From Fonticula alba ATCC 38817 (taxonomy: Eukaryota > Protista > Nucleariida), in assembly GCA_000388065.2 (NCBI GenBank), contig KB932208.1: a DNA stretch of 13,650 nt. One strand, given 5' to 3'. How positions within the stretch are numbered: position 1 is the first letter of the stretch; each line of letters starts with the position of its first letter. Made by a program: the position numbers and the translations under genes. Shown piece after piece: positions 1 through 7,776 of this stretch. The notes under the pieces were generated by a model. It was given only the letters and a program-made list of their open reading frames with translations. It was not told the origin of the DNA and searched no databases.

Positions 1-114
1 CCGCCCCGAAGAGCCAGCCGGTGCGCCGGCCGTTCCCCCCCGGCCCTCGGCCCTCCTCCTCCTCCTCCTCCTCCTCCTCCTCCTCGGCCCCGGGCCCCGG
101 GCCCCACCTCGCAG
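1..114 (+). other. 3' part of an upstream POLD1 intron
   Basis: Pyrimidine-rich tract ending in cgcAG at 113-114, directly before the exon G TCC CTG TAC CCC TCG (SLYPS). Confidence 0.85.
52..84 (+). repeat. (CCT)11 intronic microsatellite
   Basis: Read directly from the sequence. Confidence 0.95.
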
Positions 115-2655
115 GTCCCTGTACCCCTCGATCATGATGGCGCACAACCTGTGCTACTCGACGCTCACCTCCTTCAGCGACGCGCAGAAGTTCGGCCTGC
201 GCGAGGACCAGTACATTCGGACCCCCTCCCAGGACTACTTCGTCACCAAGGACACGTATCGGGGGCTACTGCCGGAGATTCTGGAGGACCTGATTTCCGC
301 CCGGAAGAAGGCTCGCGCCGAGCTGAAGAACGAAGCGGACCCCTTCCGCCGAGCGGTGCTCGACGGCCGGCAGCTGGCGCTCAAGATCTCGGCCAATTCG
401 GTGTACGGGTTCACCGGGGCCACGGTCGGCCGGCTGCCCTGCCTGCAGATCTCCTCCTCGGTGACGGCCTTCGGCCGGCAGATGATCGACATGACCAAGA
501 ACCATGTGGAGAGCCACTTCACCCGGGCCAATGGCTATGAGCATGATGCGCGGGTCATCTACGGTGACACCGACTCGGTCATGGTGATGTTCGGCACGGA
601 GGAGGTCGGCGAGGCCATGCGCCTGGGCCGCGAGGCGGCCGACCTGGTCACGCAGACCTTCATCCGGCCCATCCACCTGGACTTCGAGAAGGTGTACTAC
701 CCGTACTTGCTCATCAACAAGAAGCGCTATGCCGGGCTGTACTGGACCAACCCGAAGGACTTCGACAAGATGGAGTGCAAGGGCATCGAGGTGCGAGCGG
801 GGGCTTCCTCCGGGGCGATGTTTGGCTCCTTGGCGCGTGCTTGCTCCCTGCTAACTGCCTTGGCGTCTCCGTGTCCGCGGGGGCGGGGACCTCCGTGTCC
901 TGGGGCTGTCGCGGCTGTGTGCCTCCCCGGGGCTGGGTCAGACCGTGCGCCGTGACAATTGCCCGCTGGCCAAATCCATGGTTGATACCTGCTTGCGAAA
1001 GCTGCTGATCGAGCGCGATCAGCAGGGGGCCATCGAGTGCGTCCGCCTGGCTGTTGCTTTGCCCGCGTCGTCGCGTGCGGCATTCCCCTCGCCAGGGTCC
1101 CCTCCTGGTCTTTTGTCTCGGTCTTTCTCGCTCTCGCTCGCTCGCTCGCTCGCTCTCCCTCCCTCTCTCTGTCTCACACACAGGCGCATCGCACGCTCGA
1201 TCGACAGCTATGCCAAGCAGATGATCTCGGACCTGTTGATGAATCGCATCGACATGTCGCAGCTGGTCATCTCCAAGAGCCTCAGCAAGTCCGGCGAGGA
1301 CTACGCCGCCAAGCAGGCGCACGTGGAGCTGGCCGAGAAGATGCGCAAGCGTGACCCGGCCACGGCCCCGGTGCTGGGTGACCGGTGCGTCCTTTCCCTT
1401 CTCTCTTCTTCTCTCCCTTCTCTCCCTCCTCTCCCTCCTCTCCCTCTGTTCCCCTGAGGCCATCTCCGGCTGTGTGTGCCAGTCCAGGCTTCCCCGACCC
1501 CGCCCTCCTGTTCACCCCGCCGCGCACCCCCCCCCCCCCCTCCCCCCCCTCGACCTATTCCCCTTGGGGCCGTCATCGCAGCGTGCCATATGTCATTATC
1601 AAGGGCGCCAAGGGCGTTCCCGCTTACGAGGTGCGTCCGCCTGGCATGGCTGTGTCCTCTTTCACACCCTCCCTTCCCTGTGCATTGCCCTGTCCCCCCC
1701 CCCTCGCCGGGGGCCTCTCACCTCCCAATGTGGCCACACAGAAAGCGGAGGATCCGCTCTACGTCCTGGAGAACAACCTGCCCATCGACGCGCAGTACTA
1801 CCTGGAGAACCAGCTGTCCAAGCCGCTGATGCGCATCTTCGAGCCGATGATGGGCGAAAAGTCCAAGTCGATCCTCGGTTCGTGTGGCCGCGCCGCCCCC
1901 TTTCACTTTCCTTCCCCCCATGTGCCCTTTCCCTCTGCCTTTCTCGTCCCTGCCCCTCCTTAACCCTTCGCTTGTCCTGGGGCCCTTCTCGCCGCTTGCA
2001 TCGCAGCCGGTGATCACACGCGGTCCATCGCCGTTTCTACCCCCACCATTGGCGGCCTGATGAAGTTTGCCGTGCGAAAGCTCACATGCCTCAGCTGCAA
2101 GATTCCCCTCAACGATCAGGGTACCTCATGTGTCTTGTGCTCTTTTCTCTTCACCTTGTGTCTTCCTTTTTGCCCGGACCCCTCCTTATTCCCCCTCCTG
2201 CTCTCTCCCTCCCTCTCTCCCTCCCTCCCCCGCTCCTGTCCCTGCCTGGCCCTTTCTCGTCACAGACAAAACCGTCTGCAGCGATTGCAGCCACCTGGAG
2301 GTGGAGGTCTATCAGAAGCAACTCCGGGTGGTGGACGAGCTCCAGGGGAAGTTCACCCGCCTGTGGACCCAGTGCCAGCGTTGCCAGGGATCCCTCCTTA
2401 CCGAGGTCCTTTGCACGAGTCGCGACTGCGTACGTCCATCTGCCCCTCCCTCGCCCACCTTTCACTTCGCCCTCGCCGACATGGTTTTCGGTCCCTGCGC
2501 AGGGGTGGCCCCCTCGCCGACCGGCCGGCCGCCGTCCCATCATGCTGACCCGCCTTTCCTTTCGGGGCCAGCCCATCTTCTACATGCGTAGCCGCGTCCG
2601 CAAGGACATCCAGGAGGCCACGGCCACTCTGCGCCGCTTCGATCTTTCATGGTAA
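115..2655 (+). CDS. POLD1: DNA polymerase delta catalytic subunit, C-terminal ~497 aa (5' part lies outside the window). Exons 115-790, 942-1036, 1208-1384, 1582-1630, 1742-1877, 2007-2120, 2266-2429, 2572-2655
   Basis: Family B motifs are intact: [49 protein letters not shown]|TVRRDNC. Pol delta-specific segments include GDR|[40 protein letters not shown] and [13 protein letters not shown]...CTSRDC|PIFYMR. All 7 introns are GT..AG and phase-compatible (791-941, 1037-1207, 1385-1581, 1631-1741, 1878-2006, 2121-2265, 2430-2571). Stop is TAA at 2653-2655. Confidence 0.97.
1133..1152 (+). repeat. (CTCG)5 microsatellite in POLD1 intron 1037-1207
   Basis: Read directly from the sequence. Confidence 0.9.
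2087..2429 (+). other. POLD1 C-terminal metal-binding motifs CysA (CLSC-x11-CSDC, Zn) and CysB (CQRC-x9-C-x4-C, 4Fe-4S)
   Basis: All eight cysteines are present after splicing out intron 2121-2265. Ligand assignment follows established eukaryotic Pol delta biology. Confidence 0.9.
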
Positions 2656-3069
2656 CCGGGGCAGAGGCCCGGATCCGTGTGCCCGTGCGCGATGGGGCGC
2701 CCCCCTTTGCGCGGTGTGTCCCCTTGCGGCGGACCGCCAGCAGGCCCGCCCCCTCACTTCCTCCTCCTGCCCCACCCCCTCCCCCCCATTCGCAATCCTC
2801 AAATAGACGACATGTAGTTAAGTCACCGCGACCTCCGCCTGATCACCCCACGTGATCCACGGCCGATCGGTTCACGCCCACCATGGCGTCCCGGCTTGCG
2901 GGTCGATCTGGGCGGGTTTCCCCCGCGGCGATTGGCCGAAGGCCGGCCGGTGTGTGCCGAGCGGGGGCGGCTTTCGCGTGGCAATGTCAGCCGGTCACAG
3001 TGTGTCCGTGGGTGCACACGGGCGGGGCGGGCCCCCCTGCCCTGTTGGGTGGGTCGCTGGTTCTTTGGC

Positions 3070-3117
3070 CGTGCGCATACGCGCATGTGTGTGTGTGTGC
3101 GTGTGTGTGCATATGCG
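3070..3117. repeat. 48-nt perfectly alternating purine/pyrimidine tract (TG/CG/CA), potential Z-DNA
   Basis: cgtgcgcatacgcgcatgtgtgtgtgtgtgcgtgtgtgtgcatatgcg alternates Y/R without a break. Confidence 0.85.
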
Positions 3118-3412
3118 GGTGCAGGAGGAGAGTACCTTTTTGCATGCCAGAGGAGGACCCTGCCCTTGGGCTTTTTCCCAAGGCCCGGTGGCGGCGCTCA
3201 TGTGTGCGACATTGCCAACACCCGACAGCAACTTGTTTCCCCCTCGCCAGGACATTCGCCCCTCGTCCCCCCTCCGCCCCCTGCCATCCTCCTTTGTGCC
3301 TTCCTTTCCTTCCGCCCCCCCCCACCTCCCCCCTCCCCTCCGCCCGGGCTTTTGCTCGTCTGCTTTCCTCGCTCCCTGTTCTCGGACTGCCCCCGCGCCG
3401 CGGGTGGACAAG

Positions 3413-3487
3413 ATGAACCCCCTGCGCCGGCCCCCAGATCGCCTTTTTCTGGCGCTGCTGGCGTTGCTGGTCGCGGGAGCGGGAGCA
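3413..3487 (+). other. Predicted signal peptide (25 aa)
   Basis: Basic n-region (RR..R), hydrophobic core LFLALLALLV, small-residue cleavage context AGA. Confidence 0.75.
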
Positions 3488-4615
3488 ATGCCGGTGCCCT
3501 TGGCCGGGCTTTTGGCAAGTTCCCTGCCGCCTGCGGGGGATCCCCTTCCGCCTGGCCTGGCCCGGCCGGCCGGGGTCGAGTGGAATCTCCAATCGTTGGC
3601 CCTGGAGCGGCGGCTTGGTTTGCAAGACCATTGCCGACGTGTGACGGTTGGTTCCGGGCCCCCCAATGCCCTTCGGTCGTCGGCCCTCGCGCGTGATGGT
3701 AGCACGGGTGCCGGGGCCGATGGCGCCGCCGACAGTGCGGACCCTTGCATTGGGGATCTTGGTGGCCCGGTCCTTGAGGAGGCCCTCTTTCGCCAGGCTA
3801 CCGAGATCCATGCCTTGGTGGATCTGACCATGTACCGAGCGGCTCCTCCGTCCCCGAGCCATTCTTCGAGTGGGTCTTCCAGCTCGTCAGGCAGTTCCGC
3901 CGGTTCGTCCACGGGTGGTTCCGCGAGTTCGTCTGCCAGCGTCTCGGGCAGTGCCTCGGGCAGCGCCTCGGGCAGCGCCTCGGGCAGCGCCTCGGGCAGC
4001 GCCTCGGGCAGTGTCTCGGGCAGTGTCTCGGGCAGTGTCTCGGGCAGCGCCTCGGGCAGTGTCTCTACCAGCACCTCTACCAGCACTTCAGCAAGCACAT
4101 CCGCCAGCACCTCTACCAGCACCTCTACCAGCACCTCTGCCAGCACCTCTACCAGCACCTCTACCAGCACCTCTACCAGCACCTCTGCCAGCGTCTCTGC
4201 CAGCGTCTCTACCAGCACCTCTGCCAGCGTCTCTACCAGCACCTCTGCCAGCGTCTCTACCAGCACATCCGCCAGCACATCCGCCAGCACATCCGCCAGC
4301 ACATCCGCCAGCACCTCCGCCAGCACTTCTGCAAGCACCTCCGCCAGCACTTCTGCAAGTACCTCCGCCAGTGCATCATCTGCAAACACCCCGGCGGGGT
4401 CATCTTCCTCGAGTGCCCCGGCCAGCGCGCCCTCCTCAAGCTCTGCCGACCTTTCAGCCAGCTGGGCCCCTGAGGAGGACGAGTGCTCGGATGCCATCGT
4501 GGGGGCCGGCCTTTCGGTGGATCTCCTGGCTGGCCTGAGTGCAGGATTTCATCAGTTTGCGATCGATCTTTTCCATCACCCCCAATCCGGGGCCATCCCC
4601 GGTCGGGTATCCCTG

Positions 4616-4646
<31 letters not shown>

Positions 4647-6240
4647 CCAGCGGCCCGAGCTCATGGGCCCAGCTCCTGCTTGACCCCATGGTTGATTGGT
4701 TCCGCTCGCCACTTCACCGGGCCTCGGTCGCGGGCGGCGCCCCGGCGGCCGGTTCCGCGGTGCCCGGGGCTTCGACCTCCGGGTCATCGGCCTCCTCTTC
4801 GGCCGTGGTGCCTCTGGTGCCCTTTCCCCTGGATTCCCTGTACGAGCCTCTCTGCGGGGCGGGCTCCTGCTCGCCGGCTCCGGCGGACTTCTTCGGTCGG
4901 GACCCCCTCGTGGTGACGGTGGCCATTCGTCTGCATCGCCTGGCCGTGGCAGCTGCCTCGGAGTTGGCGGCCGTGTGGACACCCCTGGAAGCGGCCCTGG
5001 CCCTGGTGGAGGCCGACATCTTGGCGGTGCTCACACCGGAGCAGCTGCTCTTCCTGCCATCGGGGTCTGGCAGCTCGAGCTGGCCGGCACCGGCCGAGCC
5101 TCGCCCCGCCGATAGCGGGGTCCTTGCCAGCCGGCTTGCCGGCAGCCCCGGCGCTTCCAGTGGCAGTGGTGGAGGCATGCGCTTTGCATTCATTCTGGCC
5201 CTGGAGGAGGGCGATGACCAGCCTGATACCTCGACATCCGGCTCCCATCCGAGCTCCGGGTCCGGGTCCGGGTCCAGCCCAGGCTCCGGGTCCAGCCCAG
5301 GCTCCGGGTCCAGCCCAGGCTCCGGGTCCAGCCCAGGCTCCGGGTCTGGCCTGCCACCGGTGGAGGGCTCTTCCTCTCCGACATCCTCCAGCCTCTCGGC
5401 ATCATTGTCATCGTCCTCCTCCACGTCCTTCCCATCGCAATCGAGCTCTTCCGCACATTCGTCCATCGACCCGGACCCCCCGACGGGCTCCTCGTCCGTG
5501 CCCTCCTCGGCATCAAGCCCCTCGCTCAGTGCCTCGTCAGGTGCTCCCACCGGTCCGACAGATGCGTCGATTGCGTCCGGCGGTGCCCTCAACATCCGAG
5601 CCAGCATGCTGAGTAGTGCCATGGGCTCTTCGAGCGTTCCCAGCTCCTCCGGGACGTCCAGCACTGCCGGGTCATCGAGCGCCTCCACTGTCACCGGGTC
5701 TTCCGGCTCTTCCGGCTCTTCTGCCAGTTCTGGCGCATCGGCATCCACAAGCACTTCTCATACCTCCAGCAGCTCGACGCCCTCTTCCGGCGCCCCGAGC
5801 TCCTCCGGGGCATCGAGCTCCTCCGGGGCATCGAGCTCCTCCGGGGCACCGAGTTCTTCCGGGGCATCGGGTTCTTCCGGGGCATCGGGTTCCTCCGACT
5901 CACAACCTGGCGACGTGTCCCTGGGACTGGCTCCTGGGTGCTCTTTCCTCCTGGATGGGCGTGCCACATTGGCATGTCTAGGATCTTCTCCTCCGCCTGT
6001 TGCCTCCTGCGTTTCCCTGACCTTGGATGCTTGGCTGGCCCTGCCGATGGACCCGGTGACAGGGTGCAGGGTGGCTAGTCCGCCGCCGGTTGGGGGACAC
6101 CCCCTCCTGGTCGTCCAGTCGCCGGGTGACAGCCGGTCCTTTGGCGCGGAGGATCTCGCCCTCATGGTTCGTTCGGAATTTGCCTGCCCATTTCCCCCCT
6201 CTTCTTTCCCCCTCCCTCCTCCTAACTTGCTGCTGCCGCC

Positions 6241-6272
<32 letters not shown>

Positions 6273-7502
6273 CGCTGCCGCCTGGCCCCATGCACGCACG
6301 TCCCAGGCCTCTTGTGGCACGGTGCCGGTGTTGCGATCGGACTTGCAGGACCTCGAGCCCCTCAGCGGGGGGCTCTTCTGGGGCTGGGCTCCGGGGGAGC
6401 CCTCCGTGCCGGCGCATCTTGTCCCGCCGCCTTCGGCGCCTGGTGCCCCGGGGGACTCCCTGTCGGGCTCCGGCGCTTTGCCCGTGCCGCCGGCTGTTGG
6501 CGGCGCCGCGGCAGGCGCCCCGGCTGGCAGCCAACCGGGCTCCGGCCCCCTGGCGGTGGACCCGCCGGAGCCGAGCTGGCTGCAGCGGCGCTGCGCGGCG
6601 GTCTTCCTAGACGAGTCGCCCAGACGGGCGGCCCTCCAGTCGCTGCCCTGCTCGCGGAGTCTCCCCTACCTTTGTCGGGCATCTCTCACCGGGGTGTTTT
6701 CCCTGGCGCCGGGCGGACCCCCGAGCGGGGGGCCGGGCCCGCTGGTCGGGCAATTCCCCCTGCCTCCGACAGCCCCCGAAATTCCGGCCTTCCCTCTCCA
6801 TCTGTCCGGGCCATTGTCCGGAGTCTCTTCCGGCGGCGAGTTCACCCCGGAGGAGCTTTGGGGCTGGCCCGGCCCCGCGGCCGACACCCTCTGCCCACCC
6901 GGGGCCACCTTCGCCACTGTCCAGTCTTTGGAGGACGCGCTGCAGGTGGACGCGCTCCTGCGGGCCAGTGTATGTTGGGCCGTTGTCGGATCCCCCCCCC
7001 CTCCCTTTCGTTGGTCCTTTCCTCCTAACCGAATGCGCCCCTGCTGTCACCTCCTACCCCTCCTCGCCCTGTGGCCGGAACGCCGCCGCCGCCGCCGCCG
7101 CCGCCGCCGCGACAGGGCCTCCCCGCGGCATGGATCCACCTGTCGGCCATGCACCATCCACTTTGCTTCTCGTCACATTTCGCCCCCTGCCCACTGGGGC
7201 TGCCCTTTGAGCCGCACATCCTGGCCACCTACTCGCCCGACGCCGGGGAGGAGTCCAACTCCGGCGGGTCGTCCAGCAGCCGCGAGGCCCCCACCCTGCC
7301 GCCGACGTCCGAAGGCTTGAACCCGACCGAGCGCCAGGCCGTCATCACGGTGTCCATTGTAGCCGGCCTGGTGATCCTGGTCTTCTGCGGGGTCTTCGTA
7401 TACTACAAGGCCACCGGTGCAGTGCGGTACGTGCGGTGGCGTCGGCGCGAGCGCGTGCGCCGGACTCGCGCCCGTGCCCGTGTCGTCAGCGTGGCCGCCT
7501 GA
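3413..7502 (+). CDS. Mucin-like type I membrane glycoprotein with degenerate C-type-lectin-like segments, ~1267 aa. Exons 3413-6166, 6307-6969, 7116-7502
   Basis: Signal peptide MNPLRRPPDRLFLALLALLVAGAGA, long Ser/Thr/Gly/Ala repeats, and a 23-aa TM segment followed by a basic tail. Two phase-0 introns (6167-6306 gttcgt..ccAG; 6970-7115 gtatgt..acAG) each have a CTAAC and a pyrimidine tract, and they join three ORFs of the track into one coherent protein. The ATG choice and the absence of further introns are inferred. Confidence 0.8.
3947..4378 (+). repeat. Coding tandem array, 36 x 12 nt (GSAS/GSVS then TSTS/ASVS/ASTS)
   Basis: 10 units of ggcagYgYctcK (3947-4066) followed in register by 26 units of type RccagcRYHtcY (4067-4378). 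Confidence 0.95.
4622..4648 (+). repeat. (GCG)8GCC coding poly-Ala9 tract
   Basis: In frame: CR-AAAAAAAAA-SG. Confidence 0.9.
5270..5341 (+). repeat. Coding tandem array, 4 x 18 nt gggtccagcccaggctcc (GSSPGS)
   Basis: Four identical units. Confidence 0.95.
5786..5893 (+). repeat. Coding tandem array, 6 x 18 nt (SGA[P/S][S/G]S)
   Basis: tccggggcatcgagctcc-like units with few substitutions. Confidence 0.92.
6008..6678 (+). other. Degenerate C-type-lectin-like domain 1 (interrupted by an intron and a low-complexity insert)
   Basis: The order of motifs fits the CTLD pattern: C..GGHPLLVVQS, then FWGWAPGEPS (cf. NWxPGEPN), then C-x18-C-x7-C as CAAVF...LQSLPCSRSLPYLC (cf. C...WNDxxCxxxxxF/YIC). 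Pattern recognition only. Confidence 0.5.
6235..6282 (+). repeat. Imperfect (GCC)16 in intron 6167-6306
   Basis: gcc/acc/gct triplets. The track reads this as poly-Pro but it lies inside the predicted intron. Confidence 0.85.
6859..7210 (+). other. Degenerate or truncated C-type-lectin-like domain 2
   Basis: After splicing: W..PAADTLCPPGATFATVQSLEDALQVDALLRAS|GLPAAWIHL, matching the CTLD N-half pattern WxxAxxxC..GAxLxxIxS.E...V..L....WIGL. The C-terminal half is shortened. Confidence 0.5.
7081..7110 (+). repeat. (CGC)10 in intron 6970-7115
   Basis: Perfect repeat ending 3 nt before the acceptor AG. Confidence 0.9.
7338..7406 (+). other. Single transmembrane helix AVITVSIVAGLVILVFCGVFVYY
   Basis: 23 uncharged, mostly hydrophobic residues followed by K and an Arg-rich tail (positive-inside rule). 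Confidence 0.88.
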
Positions 7503-7704
7503 GCCGGGCTCCCCTCTTCCTGACCCCCTGTACACTAAAAAAAAGAAGGGAGGGCTTGGCGCCCCCTCCCCTGCGCAAAAGGAACGACACGGCCCGGAGG
7601 ACACCAGCTTAAGGAGGGCACATGTTGGGAGGGGGGGGAGATGGCGAGGGGGGGAAAGGCACACAGGTGGCGGCAGCCTGCCGATCTAGGGGGGGAACGT
7701 CCAA

Positions 7705-7724
7705 GCGCGCGCGCGCGCGCGCGC
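7705..7724. repeat. (GC)10 self-complementary tract between convergent genes
   Basis: Read directly from the sequence. Confidence 0.92.
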
Positions 7725-7776
7725 ACGCAAGGCAGACATGTGAGGGGGGGGGGGGGAGGTGTTGCCACGACCGAAC

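Noticed and set aside
115-955. Viral (herpesvirus, NCLDV) or Polinton family-B polymerase
   Set aside because: Seven spliceosomal introns, Pol delta-specific sequence and the CysA/CysB C-terminal domain identify cellular POLD1. No viral or integrase genes are nearby.
791-955. C-terminal tail VRAGASSG...DRAP of ORF 134-955 as a novel extension
   Set aside because: It is intron read-through; the real frame resumes at 942 (TVRRDNC).
2910-3030. GC boxes (GGGCGG) and inverted CCAAT (ATTGG at 2931-2935) as a promoter
   Set aside because: Such short words are expected by chance at this GC content, and no TSS information is available.
2995-4497. 500-aa minus-strand ORF with LAEV/LVEV/LPEA repeats resembling a coiled coil
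   Set aside because: Antisense shadow of the Ser/Thr 12-nt array. Signal peptide, splice sites and TM all support the + strand.
4714-5754. 346-aa acidic minus-strand ORF (EPGLDP repeats)
   Set aside because: Antisense shadow of Ser-rich codons in GC-rich DNA.
3947-5893. CRISPR-like or mobile-element repeat arrays
   Set aside because: Units are head-to-tail with no spacers, are multiples of 3 and are in frame in a coding exon. No cas or transposase genes are present.
6167-6610. Poly-Pro, formin/WASP-like C-terminus of ORF 2852-6610
   Set aside because: The poly-Pro derives from a GCC tract inside predicted intron 6167-6306, and the downstream sequence is out of frame.
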